Shown: positions 26,496 through 39,200 of the stretch, piece by piece
How the letters are laid out: each line of letters begins with the position of its first letter
How positions within the stretch are numbered: position 1 is the stretch's first letter
Source: Camelus ferus
Taxonomy: Eukaryota
Assembly (NCBI RefSeq): GCF_009834535.1
Contig: NC_045696.1
Location: 48,052,001-48,116,000, forward strand
Length of the DNA: 64,000 nt
Direction of reading: 5' to 3'
Translations under genes and position numbers: made by a program
The notes under the pieces: generated by a model
Database searches by the model: none
Seen by the model: the letters and a program-made list of their open reading frames with translations, nothing else
Told to the model about the DNA's origin: nothing

Positions 26496-26977
26496 GGTAT
26501 TCATTATCAATTGTTCCATAACAAATTACCTTCTAAGCTTAGCCGCTTTAAAGAATAAATATTTATCATCTCCCAGTTCTCATGGATTAGAAATTTGAGG
26601 GCAGTTTAGCTGGGTAGTTCTGGTGCAGAGTTTTTCATGAGGTTGTGTCAAGATGTCAGTCACAGCTGCAGTCATCTGAAGGCTCGACTGTGGCTAGAGG
26701 ATCTGTTTCACTCATTCACATGACTGTTGGCAGGAGATCTCAGTACCTTGTCATGTGGGCTTCTACCTACAGCTGCTTGAGTGTCAACTGGCAGCTGACT
26801 TCCTTAAAGTGAGTAATCCAAGAGAGAGAGCAAGCAGAGGGCACAATGCCTTTTGTGTCCTAAAAAAGGAAGCTGTGTGACAACACTTCTGCCGCTTTCT
26901 GGAGATGGGGAATTCAGCTCCAATCTCCAAAGAGAGGAGTATCAAAGAATTTGTGGGCAAATTTGAAAGCCAATGCA
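26496..26977 (-). mobile_element. MaLR LTR (MLT1G/F-like)
   Basis: ataacaaattacc...ttagctgggtagttctgg...gctgcagtcatctgaaggctcgactg...aaagaatttgtgggc. Confidence 0.8.
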
Positions 26978-27048
26978 GTATGATACAGACAGATGCCATC
27001 ATCGGAAAGTGAATGGGAGTTACTGGCTAAGGCTTCTTGGAAGGGATG

Positions 27049-27492
27049 TGTATCAGTCAAGATCCTAGCAGGAAATAGATGATTTCGGAAAGGTTTAATA
27101 AAGAGATCATTTACAAAATGCATTCAGCACAAGTGGAAGCCAAAAGAGATAGTACATTACCACTGGGCCAATAACAACCAGACCATTACCATCCTAAGGG
27201 GCTAAAGAGTACAGTAATTCCTGGAACCTGGCAGAAGGGAGTCCTGTGGAGAGTGCTGCCTTGGCTGAGAGATGTAGCCAGATCAACATTACCTTATAGG
27301 AAAGGATTGGTGGAATAAATATCACAACCTCACTCTCCTCTTTCTTCCTCACCCATCTGCCAGGGCTCTCCTTTGGCCAGAATTATCTGACATCTAGGTC
27401 AAAGGAGCCTGTTGATGTAGTCCATCAGTCATCAGGACAGAGGTCAGGGTGAAGAGTGGATCTGGAGGGCCAAACAGAAGATTTATTTCATA
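27049..27492 (-). mobile_element. ERVL LTR (LTR33-like)
   Basis: tgtatcagtcaagatcctagcaggaaatagatg...gaataaatatcacaacctcactctcctc...gagtggatctggagggccaaacagaagat. Confidence 0.7.
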
Positions 27493-28746
27493 TGATGAGA
27501 ATTTAACTTGACTTCAAGGATGAGTAACAGGTAGCTGGATGGTATACTAAGTGCAAAAGATAAAGATAAGCAGGTGTATGTGGAATGACTGAAAGTCTAT
27601 CTAAACAGAAGTTACATGGTATGGAGAGGCTGAAATAGGCTAGACATGGCAATGGATGGAGCCACGTTATGGAGAGTCCTGAGAGAGGCAGGGGTTAGCC
27701 ATCCTATAAGAGGCAGCACTGCACAGTTCTTAAATAGAGATGTTCCAAGACCACAGGAATAGGAGAGGGAAGGGAAAATCCAAGACACTTAATGTCTGTT
27801 TAGATACCAAGAATCAAATAATGTCAAAAATTTAGTTTTGAATAATCTTTTAGGGAAAATAAATACTATGTACTGTCAAATGAATAAAAATGTGAGTTTG
27901 TTAGAATGACTATGCTTGCAGACTCAGGCTTTCTAGAATTTGCCAGAACTGCAAGCAAGCAAACCTACAACCATAAACATTTTAATCCAGAACAATTACA
28001 TTATATTGAAGTATGGGCCTCAGAATGAAAATAATGTTATAACAGAAATAGTCATGCCAGAATACTCATCAACCTTCTGCTAGAGATCTGTCCTTTGAAT
28101 GATATTGGCATGGGATAAAGATTTGGTTTGGGTATAGTATTTATTCAAACATCCATCTATTGCTTGGACACTTAGTAGAGAAGTCCTATGAGATGCATAT
28201 AGTCCTTCATCTGATTTGGTATGAAACACACAGAAACTTGTAGCATTTTATATCTGCATGGGAGATTTCAATGAAGATAAGCATATGTGATAAGAAACAT
28301 TAGCATTTTTGCTGTAGTTTAAAAAAATGTGATTAAGCTTAAGATGAAACCTGCTTGAATTACACACATTCATATAGCACATCTGACCTGCTATCAATAT
28401 AGTAATCCAGAGGGAGAAACTAGCAGTAAGTACTTAGCGTTGCTCATGTAGAGTGGGACGTGGGAGATATATGACTGATTATGCTCATTGACACTTTAAT
28501 ATTACATTTTCTAGTAAATCTGGTTTACATGGCAGGATGTTAACTGTGAATTTCCTAGGTGAACTTCTACACATTTAGAATGTAGAGATAATTGATGTTA
28601 ACAGAGATGACCCTGCAGTGCTTGCTGAGTTAAAAAAAAAAAAAGAAAGAAAAGAAAAGGAGGATATTACATTCTGAATGGATATTCTTTGTGTTGTAGT
28701 TTCTTTCTTGATACTTTGAAAATTACCAATGCAGTTAAGAGTATTG

Positions 28747-28897
28747 TATAATGGAAAAGAATTTGAAAATATATGTGTGTGTGTGTGTATATGTATGTCT
28801 GGGTGTGTGTATGTATATATATCATTGAATCACTTTGCTGTACACCTGAAATTAACATTGTAAATCAACTGTACTTCAATAAAAAATAAAATAAAAT
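28747..28897 (+). mobile_element. L1 3' tip with internal (TG/TA)n
   Basis: tataatggaaaagaat...gaatcactttgctgtacacctgaaa...ttgtaaatcaactgtacttcaataaaaaat. Confidence 0.85.
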
Positions 28898-30759
28898 GGA
28901 AGAATATTATAACAATTAAGATAAGGAGTAAAGTGTAATTCTTGTTCAAAATTTACCTAATAGATACAATTGGTTATTACTACTTTCAGGGCTAACGCCT
29001 TATGCAAGAGCTTCCAGAAACTAAGTACCTCAGAGGCATGAACACTTAAAAAAAAAACTCTAAAAAATATTACTCAATACAATGATACATTCATTCACGC
29101 AATTTTTTGAATATCTAGAAACTACAAATCATAATATTGTGTTGAAAAATACAAATACATTCTCAGTACTGATGGAGATTGCAAGCTAGCAGATTTTACT
29201 TAATAAATAAACTCAAATGATGAATGTACCACTGTAATCAGTGCTACAGTGATCTATACAGAGAAAGAACATCAGTGACAGACCTGATCTAATCTGGTGG
29301 GTTAGTGGATGTGAGACCCTGTTAGCAGTAGCTTCACAACTACCACCTCACTCTCTAATAGAAAATTGGCACGCAAGTCAAGGAAGGTAGCACTAGTTAT
29401 AAAATAATAGTCAACATCTCTCTCCCAACTAACCTTTTTTTTTTTTTCCCAAATAAAGCTTTAGTGTTCACCTGCAGACCTTCATGTAGGCGTGGGAACC
29501 AGTGAAAGAATCAGATATTTGGTTTGAGGGGAATCTAACTTCAATGTTTTCACACTGGCCCCTAAAAATTAGTGACCCCCCCCCGCCATATGATTTCTTT
29601 ATCAAGAGTCAGAGATGGAAAAGAAAATGAATCTGAAGTCGTCCTATTCCATGATTGTTGAAGACAAATTCAATCTAATAGAATCTATGTCTTTAATAAT
29701 TGATTCTAGCTCTGTCCTGTGCTGCTGTTTGTCTTATTGAAAAAGAAAGGGAAATACACAGATGATGGACTGGGTGTGTGACAAGAGCCCTACACCCAAG
29801 TTAGCTGGGTCAAGCCCAAGAAGGGAAGTCTATGGGACTCAGGGGCTTAGAAAGATGCAAAGTATCATTGCCAAAGGTAAAAGAGACCAAAGTAAAAGGC
29901 TTGGGACTCATTAGTAGAGTCCTAAAACATCATCTTGCTCATAACACTCAATTATCAAAATTGTGGTTGGATTATTTGAAAGCTTGGGAAATTAGTAATG
30001 TTATGTTGTGTATATGCATATATATAGGTGTGTATAATGCACACACACAATACACATGAGTTGAAATCTATCAAAAAGTGGAAATTATAAAAATCAAAAG
30101 AAAAAAAAATAACAAATCAAAGAGGAAACATCCAAATAGCTGAAGAAAAGAGAAATGCTGTTGTGTAAGCAGCCACTCTCCACCAGCAGCTGGCTAGTAA
30201 AACTGCACAGGTCAGGAGGAGGTCACCCAAGACACAAGACACTGCCTGACTGCCCTGAGCCTGGATCCTCCCATAGGCCTCATCTCATTCTCGGCTTAGA
30301 TTTTCCTGCAAATCATGATAATTGGGAATCAGCTAACACAGCTGTGAACCACAGCCCACAGACACAAAGGGAACACATTTAAAAGTTGAGCATCTCTGCT
30401 GGAGAGAGAAAGGAAGTGACTTGTTTATGTACCATTTCATCACTCTCCCCAAGAGGCACTAGCCCTGGGTTTATGTTCCATTAAAGGTGTAGTGACATGG
30501 TTTTAGAGCAAGTGGAAGATTGGCCTGTTATTAGAATTAGGGAATTTGGATTCAGTTCTAAGTTAAAATTACAAAATGTTAGCGCTGCAAGAAGACTAGC
30601 TATAATCGACTCCAATTGTCTCCTTTCACAGGTGAGACTTTTTTGACCTAGAGGCATAAAATGATTTGCTACGTTGGCTGATGATAGTATCTGGACTAGA
30701 ATCACCAGTAGCCTGTCCTATTGCTTCTATAATATTATTCCTCCACTCTTGGGAACAAT

Positions 30760-31120
30760 ATCCCTGGGGCCTTGAGCCTCATGCTAATCAACTGTAGCAT
30801 CTCCACTCTTCCATGTCCCCATTATTTATGATGTTGAAGGTTTTCCAACATCCATTGAGAACTCTGTCATACGGCTTACTGTTTTTGTTTTGCCATCCTC
30901 ATTCCTGTTCTCATCCAGGGGATTTCATAAACATATAGATTGTTAACCCAGTATGCTAAATTCAGCTTTTCTTTCTGTCTTTTACTCTATTTAGCTTCTC
31001 TTGATTTCAGCAACCAATTCCCATGATCCCATCCTGAACCATCTGTTCCCCAGAGCTATATCATGTCTGAAGTCACAAAATTTAATATCCTAATCTCTGA
31101 TTATAATCCTATTCTTCCAG
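30760..31120 (+). mobile_element. L2 ORF2 (AP endonuclease) fossil
   Basis: Decayed in-order motifs ggggatttc (GDF), gcaaccaattcccat...atcctgaac (ATxSH..IL), tctgattat (SDY, cf. SDH). Confidence 0.55.
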
Positions 31121-31139
31121 ACCACACATCATTATTCCA

Positions 31140-31880
31140 CCTAAATTAGTTACAGGGTAAGCTGTTGAATGGCAGAGGGTGGCAGAGGGCTCTATTCTAC
31201 AAGGTCATCAAGGAACCCAAGTTCCCTCTGTCTTATAGTTCTGCCACCCTCAAGGGGCCTTTCTTTGTTCACATATTTGAAGCTGGCTTGCTACTATCAT
31301 ATGTATTTTCCAGCACTTGGAAAAAAGAGAGAAAAGAAGAGCTAGCAGCTTTCTTGTTAAAAGATGCAACCCAAAAGTCACACATATTTCTTACACCCAT
31401 ATCCTATTAGCTAAAGCTTAGTCACATGGTCATACCTAATGTCTTAGTCCATATGGGCTGCTATAACAAAATACCATAGATTGGGTGGCTTATAAACAAC
31501 AGAAACTCATTTCTCTGAGTTCTGGAGGTTGGGAAGTCCACAATCAATGTGCCAGTAGATTTGGTGTCTGGTGAGAGCACACTTCCTGCTTCACAGATGG
31601 TTGTTTTCTTGCTGAGTTCTCACATGGTAGAAGCCAGTGTGCTCTCTGGGGTCTCTTTTATAAAGGTACTAACATCATTTGTGAAGGCTCTGCTTCAAAT
31701 ACCATCACATCAACATACAAAATTTTGAAAGGACAAAAACAGTCAGTCTGTAGCACTGAGTTGAAAGGAACAAGGGGAAATGTAGTCTCTAGCTGAGCAA
31801 TGTTGTGTGCAGCCCAAAACTGAGATGTTCTATTTCTGAAAGAAAAAAACGTGAAATTGTTTGGAGGATATCACTAGCTG
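31140..31880 (-). mobile_element. Older MaLR LTR (MLT1J-like) interrupted by MLT1A
   Basis: gtcatcaaggaacccaagttcc...ttagtcacatggtcatacctaa resumes as ggaaatgtagtctctagctgagc after 31755. Confidence 0.6.
31440..31755 (-). mobile_element. MaLR solo LTR (MLT1A-like), nested
   Basis: tgtcttagtccatatgggctgctataacaaaataccatag...cagtctgtagca; TG...CA termini. Confidence 0.85.
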
Positions 31881-31978
31881 TTTCTGCTACAACTCTCACT
31901 GCATTTCTATCCATTGACTTTGTTGGAACTTCCAGTTCTTTGATCCAGTATTTATAGGAAAGTTCATTATTCCCTTTC

Positions 31979-32533
31979 CAATTTTTTTTCAATTGAAGTG
32001 TAGTCAGTTACAATGTGTCAATTTCTGGTGTACAGCACAATGTCCCAGTATTGCATATACATACATATATTTGTTTTCATATTCTTTTCATTAAAGGTAT
32101 TACAAGATATTGAATATAATTCCCTGTGCTATACAAAAGAAAAATTTTTTAATCTATTTGTATATATAGCAGCTTACATTTGCAAATCTCAAACTCCCAG
32201 ATTTATCCCTTCCCACTCCCTTTGCCCCAGTAATTGTAAGATTGTTTACTATGTCTGTGAGTGTTTCTGTTCTGTAGAGTTCATTAGTGTTCTCTCTTTT
32301 TTTTCTTTTTTTTTCGATTCCACATATGAGTGATATCATATGGTATTTTTCTTTCTCTTTCTGGCTTACTTCACTTAGAACGATGATCTCTAGGTCTACA
32401 AATTTTACTGAAAATGGCATTATTTTATTCTTTTTTATGGCTAAGTAATAGTCCACTGTATAAATATACCACAACTTCTTTATCCAGTTATCTGTTGATG
32501 GACATTTAGGTTGCCTCCATGTCTTGGCTATTG
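31979..32533 (-). mobile_element. 5'-truncated young L1 (3' UTR plus last ORF2 codons)
   Basis: ORF 32154-32474 MWYIYT...LSEVSQKEKEKYHMISLICGI is the L1 ORF2 C-terminus; TSD tta(t/g)tccctttc (31967-31978 / 32534-32545). Confidence 0.92.
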
Positions 32534-33363
32534 TTAGTCCCTTTCTGGACTCACTTCTTTTCTCCCAAGTAAGGATCCCATGTCATGAAACCTTAAACTA
32601 TATCTTACCAATCCTTTCAAAAACCTATCTCAGTTACCTCTGTATCATCTACCTAATTTATTATCATGTGCTCTTACTTTAGAGTAGATTAGTGATTCTA
32701 AAGGAAAATCACATACTTCTTCCCATTGGGGTTGATAAGCTTTGGTGATTTCTAATCCAGTAAGAGTCATCAAATGAAACTCCAACTGAATCTGCTAAAC
32801 TGTGAGCCCTTTCAGACAGAGTTCTTCATTTTTTTATGCTCATTGCTTACCCATCTGGCTCTGAATGAATTTAAATAATTGTTTATTGAATGGAAATATG
32901 AATACTTACTTCTTTCCAACTTTGAAAATTTATTATTTTTCCATTAATAAATGGAAAATGGTCTCCATTCACTATCACACATTGTAGGCATATATCATAT
33001 CTCCAAACTCTTCTTTCAAGTAAGTGCCATAACTTAATCTGTACTCCTTCCACTAGTCTTATTCCTCATAAACCCATCCTCCATGTTACAGTAAAGAAAT
33101 GACCCACATGTTTATTTCCTATCTTTACCAGGACTCCACTTAGTGGTATTGAGGACATCAGTTGATGAAAGATTTTGAAAAAATATTAGAAGGTGGAAAG
33201 CAGGTGAATTATTGTTAATAGGGTGCAGGGGACCACAATTTAAAGTGTGTACAGCAGAGCAGATGAATGGTAAAATATTTGTTCACCCTTCAAAATCCCA
33301 GGTTTGATAGCATGAGTTACAGCTGATGGTGGGGAAGAGGAGTGGGGTAAGAAAATCAGGAAT

Positions 33364-33550
33364 GGATAAACAACAGTTCATACTGTATAGCAGAGGGAAC
33401 TATATTCAATATCTTGTAGTAACTTATGGTGAAAAAGAATATGAAAACAAATATATGTATGTTCCTATATGACTGAAGTATTGTGCTGTACACCAAAAAT
33501 TGACACAACATTGTAAACTGACTATATGTCAGTAAAAAAAATTTAAAAAA
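33364..33550 (+). mobile_element. Young L1 3' tip
   Basis: actgtatagcagagggaactatattcaatatcttgtag...ttgacacaacattgtaaactgacta; TSD-like aagaaaatcaggaatg / aagagatcagggatg. Confidence 0.85.
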
Positions 33551-34287
33551 AGAGATCAGGGATGAAGGTTGAAATTCTATAAATTAATATCTTAAAATAA
33601 TATCTTTTAATTATAAAAACATGTAACTGCTATAAAACAAGAATAGGTTTCTATGGAAAAATAATTTTTAGATTTAAAGATAAAGAATAAACTGAGAAAG
33701 TAAGAATTCTAACAAAATTTGTTTAAAAATCAAGGGAAAGATTGGAAGGAATTTTCAAAGAAATTTCTCAGAAAATATAACCAAAGTAAGGAAGAATATT
33801 CAAAATAAATAAACCAAAACAATAAAAAGACTCAGAAGAGGAAATGGAAGTTACAGCATCTAACTCATAGGAGAAAACAGAAAATTGAGGGGAGGGATCA
33901 AAACATATGAACATTTTGGAGACATGAACATCAGGCTCCATATTGGAAGGTCCATTAAGTGTTCAGCATGGTGAATAAGAACAGACTCACAATAAGGCAC
34001 AGTGTCTTATTTCCGAGAGAATATAAGGAAGCTTACATACAGAAGACTGGAATGTGAAACGACTTTGACGATCTCAAAACAATACTCCCTTCTAGAAAGC
34101 AGTGGACATTATTCTGAAAACCCTGATGGAAAACTATTTTTAAGCTATAATGTTCTATTGCATTGTAATATTGTAAAATATAAATTAAACCTCAGGGAAA
34201 ATTTAAGATATGAGATTTTTGAAGACTCAGAAATTTACCTTTTATGGAACCCTTCCTAAGGTGATACGGAGAATATGCTCCGAGAAA

Positions 34288-34457
34288 CAAGGGAAAACAC
34301 TGAAAGAGAGAAGGAACTGGGATTTTAGATGCCGTGGGTCAACAACAAACAGCAAGATCAGAGAACGGTAAGCAAGGGAAAACACTGAAAGAGAGAAGGA
34401 ACTGGGATTTTAGATGCCGCGGGTCAACAACAAACAGCAAGATCAGAGAACAGTAAG
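34288..34457. repeat. 85-bp direct tandem duplication (2 copies, 2 mismatches)
   Basis: 34288-34372 vs 34373-34457 compared base by base. Confidence 0.95.
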
Positions 34458-34715
34458 CCTAAAATAAAATGAGAGGGCAGGTGTGTGGTGTCCGAGGAGG
34501 AAGCTCTTCAGGAAAAATGAAGTAAATGTTATAAAGCAGATATAATGGCTGAGCATCTAGGAAGAATTAAGGCTATTAGAAAAATTAAGCAGATTAAAAA
34601 GAGGCAAAATTATGAATTCCAAAAAAGAAGTAAAAATTGGGCAAGAAAAAATACAACATAAATATATGTACTATTGATTCTGCATTGGACAATATTTTTG
34701 TGATGATAATTACTT

Positions 34716-35100
34716 TTTAAAATACTAGATTTTAAAAATTGAAGTATAGTTGATTTACAATGTTGTGTTAGTTTCATGTGTACAGCAAAGTGATTCAGTT
34801 GTACATACATATGCATCTTTTTCATATTCTTTTCCATATTAGGTTATTATAAGATATTGAACATAATTACTAGTGCTATACAGTACGTTCTTGCTGTTTA
34901 TCTATTTTATATATGATAGTTTGTATCTGTTAATCCTAAACTCCTAATTTATCCCTTTGCCCCCTTCCCCTTTGGTACCATAAGTTTGTTTTCTTCTGTG
35001 AGTCTGTTTCTGTTTTGTAAATAAGTTTATTTGTCTCATTTTTTTAGATTCCACATGTAAGTGACATTATATGATATTTGTCTTTCTCGGTCTGACTTAC
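34716..35100 (-). mobile_element. 5'-truncated L1 3' end
   Basis: aattgaagtatagttgatttacaatgttgtgttagtttc...tctttctcggtctgacttac; TSD-like atgataattacttt / atgacgattacttt. Confidence 0.9.
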
Positions 35101-35114
35101 ATGACGATTACTTT

Positions 35115-35250
35115 GACGTGGTAGTGAGCATGGTCTCTGCAGCTAGATTGCTGGATTGATCCTATCCATGATTCTTGCTAGCTGTGCAAACTTTGGCAAG
35201 CTACTTAACTTCTCTGGGCATGTTTCTCTGTGCCTCAGCTCTATAAAAAT
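35115..35250 (+). mobile_element. MIR SINE
   Basis: ctagctgtgcaaactttggcaagctacttaacttctctggg. Confidence 0.65.
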
Positions 35251-38200
35251 CTATATGATTTTATTTTTTGTTGTTGTTGTTGTTTTTATTTTAATGATGT
35301 ATAAATACATCTTAACCTCTCTTAAAATAACAATTTTCATAAGATTAACTCAAGAAGGCATTTTCAACCTACTTCTTTGACTTATGTGTGTTTTCTAAAG
35401 TTCCTTAGAAATCAGAAGAAACTTCAGTTAGGTGTTGGTGAGTTACCAGCTTGAAGACCCTTTTTATTTGAGTTAAATATATCAAAGGGTTGAGGAATAT
35501 AAAAAATACTGGTTAACTAAAGTATGGAGAGTCTCAAGTTGGAAAAAATGTGAAGTCACAATTCTTTTCTAACTGAAGGATGAATTTTATATAGCATATG
35601 TGTATGTTTTATATACAGAATATTGTAACAGCAATAGTGTTTCAAAACATGCAAAAAGTGGCATTACTTAGAATTCAGTAATCTTTTTTTGTTTCCAGTT
35701 TCTTTATTTCTTTCTTTAACACCTTTATTGTGGTATGGTTCCTGTACAGTAAACTACACATATTAGAATTTAATTATCTTAAAAAAATAAAATATCTTAT
35801 ATTTTTCTACATTCCAATTCATTTCTGTTCACATATCTGTGAAATTTATGTAACAGTAATCATAGTGTAAATGTGATTTTCTCATTTTTTTTAATTTAAG
35901 ATTTTATCAAGAGCATTTTTCAATTGTTGCAGGAAGGAAGAGGGCTTTAAAAAGTACACCCTTGCTGCTATTAAAAACAAAGAAATTTCTAGTTCCCAGT
36001 TATGTTTAACCAGTCGTAGCATAATGATATCTGTTGCCTGTGGCAATTTAGGCCAATTGATTGCAGAACCCTGTTCCTGTGTGCAGGGCAATGAGACTTC
36101 TAGCTCTGCCAGGGCCGGTGAGCCTCACCCTGTCCACCGCTGCCTCCCTCTTTGGCCTTCCAGAAAGAAGGCCCAAGTGTGCTCTGGTTCCCAAGAGACC
36201 AATTCAGACAGAATACTAAGAACACTTGCTTTGAGACTAGAATATGAAATCACAACTCCGAATCTACCTCTCGGAAGAGATTTAGCATTAATTATGGGAA
36301 AATTATAAAGTAATCAATTAGACTCACCGTTTATGCAGGGCAGTACAGGGAATTACCTTTCAATGTTTACCACAGCTGAAACAGGATTAATTAGGTTAAC
36401 AGCGAAGGTCCTAAGCGAAAGCACAGATTACTCCTCTCTGCCTTTCTCATGAAGCGTCACGCTCTGCTGTCCTGTTTGTTCACACCAAAGGTCTGAGGAG
36501 AACAGAGCTTTCTCAAATAATCAGTCTGTGTTGTTCTTTTTGTAAAAATCTAAATCCCAACCTCTGTGTTCGTATGGGCTTCACACTTCATGAAATAGTT
36601 TAGCAAGTCACAAACCAGGACAGATTTGGAAGAGGCCATCAATTTATAAGTTTTATCTGTTGTTAATCGATTTTGTTGTAAGTGACTATGTAATAAACTC
36701 AGTGATTTTCTTTCCCTGTCATCTCTCCCACTTTGTCTTGGTGGGTCTGTTATATCAAACTCTATGAAAAGTTAACATAAATTTTGATACACAGAAAAGC
36801 AACTTGCTCTTTTTGTGCCTCCTATGCAGTGGCTTTAAAAATGCTTCTGATAGTTTCTAAACCTAAACCCAGACTGGAGCTTTGTTTATCTTTGACACTG
36901 TCTATAGTAGAAATGACACAATCTGTTCTTGGAAGGACAGAGTGTATAACCTAGGAGATCGTCGAAAGGGAGGACAGTCATCAGCTCCGGGTGCCAAGTA
37001 CGGATGGCTTGAGGAAATATGACATTTATATCTTGGTTTATTATAAGTAATCTGCATCAGAGCCTTTAAGAAATCTGAATTTATTTATTTCAGACGCTGT
37101 CCCTGGAAACATATTCTAGTTTGTGTCATTGCTCTAAAATTAAACACAAAACACAAGTACTACATTCTGCACCTCTATAAATATGCAAAGAATCATATAT
37201 GATTTAAGTAAGACTTCATAAAGAAAACATTACCATTTCATCAGAAATGGAAATAGCCCTTTATTTAGAATTTGGAGGTTTTATTTTAAAAAATGTCTCC
37301 TGTGGCCAGAAACAATATAACCTAATGCCCCTATTTCCATGGAGTTTCAAAAGATGAGGCTCCAAGCCATTCACATTGAAATTCAGTAGTGACAGTGTAC
37401 CACTGCCTCAGAAAAAGACGGCAAACATTGAGAAATATTTTCAAGTTGTCCTTGGTCTTCCAGGGAAATGTGATATAAGATTCCTTTAAATGACAAAATG
37501 GGAGAAAGCATTTGATGTAGTTCCTCACAACGTTGTAAATATAAGTCAAATTGACCTGGAAAATAACAGGCCTACATGAGCTAAAAACTAGCTTAAAAAT
37601 GCTAGTAAAAATAGAGACATAAAATAAATGGACTTGAGAGGCTCCCAATCAGGAAAGATCAGAGAGAGTGCAGAGGAAAAGCACCTAGGATTATAAAGAG
37701 GATGAAGGCAGAGATTGATGATGTCATAAAGGGTGTCAGTATGAACAGTCTTGCTAAGAAAGCTCTGGAACAAGTTAGGATATAAATAAATAAAATCTAA
37801 GCAAGGCAAGTTCAGAAAGGCCTCTAGAAGTTGTTCACAAAAAATTATGTAGTACAGCACCAACTGAAAAAATTAGGAAAGGGAAAATGAAGGCACAGAA
37901 TAAGAGAAAATGAAGCTTGTTATAGACACAGCTTAGAAACTACCCGAACATGCAAATGGCTGTGGCCATTCTCTTCCTCTGCTCTCTCCTTGTCTCCCCG
38001 CCATACCACACACCCTCCTCCTCCTTTCATTGTCACGAGGAAAAACCCGCTGCCCTCCTCTCAAGAGCCCTCAAGGATTTGTCACGCCTTTTGGTTAGCA
38101 TCATTTGGAGGTCTTTCTCACCCCACCTTGCTTAGATTTTATTTATTCTTTTCCCAGCATGTCCCAGAGCTTTCTTAGCAAGGCTATTCATACCGACACC

Positions 38201-39009
38201 CTTTAGAACATCATAGAAGGGTAGAGATGGAAGGGAAGGGAAGTGAAGAAGAAGGTCCCTGAGAGAAAGCCTCTGCTTTCTGCTTCCTGGCCAGACTCCC
38301 GGGAACTCCAAAGGAGAGGCTACATTGTGTGCCTAGGAGTTTAGACAGCCAGGGAGCAACGAGCCAGCCCCATCGTGGCATGAAAGGGGCAGAGAGATTC
38401 AAGTGAGGCATAGAAGTAGCAGAGCCTCCTGCTTTGAAGAGGCCGGCCGATGGGCATAGGGAATGTTTTGTCAGCAACTCCTGAGAGGTGATGAGCGAGA
38501 CCCTCAACAGAATGTTTCAGCAGATACCTGTGTGGACAGATGACGTCAGCACTGGATGCTTCAGCCCAATGTCTTGGGACTATGTGAAGCCTCTATAAAT
38601 TGAGTACTATGCCTAGGATATTCCTAGGAACCTCAAAATACAGAGAGCAAGTTGCTGTCATCTTGGCTGAAAGGGGACTATACAAAAAATTGAATTGTTA
38701 CAGAAAACTCAGTACAATTACAATTTTCACACCTGATTTGTGAACTAAGATTCATCCTTTTACACTGATTCATCAGTGTGCACTAGATCACATAAAGCTT
38801 TGAATTCTGATTTCATAAATAAGAAAGATGTCCTTTTAAAAAACAAGAAGAAAAAACTTTTGGAAAACAACTTGCAATATTTTACCTAACTGTATTTAGC
38901 AGTAAATACATGCTTTCCTTTTTGTTTAAAATTTCTTTTTGTTAGAAAGCATCAAAACCATAATTGGTAAGCTTAAACTATATAAAAATACTATGAGAAA
39001 GGTATTATG

Positions 39010-39200
39010 GAAAGTATTTTATGTGCATTTCTTCATTTACTCTTCAAACAAACCTTAGGTAGGAGGTACTATTACTGTTCTCACTTTACAAATGGGGAAA
39101 TTGAGGCACAGAGGTAAATACATTGTTCAAGTCTGCATACCTGGTAAGTGGTAAATCCAGGATTTTGGACTTGATCTTCCTGACTGTAGACCCTGTGGTG
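39010..39200 (-). mobile_element. MIR SINE
   Basis: ctcactttacaaatggggaaattgaggcacagagg. Confidence 0.75.

Larger units (their letters stand above)
33130..34700 (+). mobile_element. Ancient HAL1/L1-related element, decayed; hosts an L1 tip and a tandem duplication
   Basis: A-rich decayed ORF1-like sequence, e.g. aagaaatttctcagaaaata, ctccatattggaaggtccattaagtg; boundaries approximate. Confidence 0.55.

Noticed and set aside
34288..34457. Direct repeats as a CRISPR-like array (also 53880-53983)
   Set aside because: Two adjacent copies without unique spacers, in a mammalian context with no cas genes.
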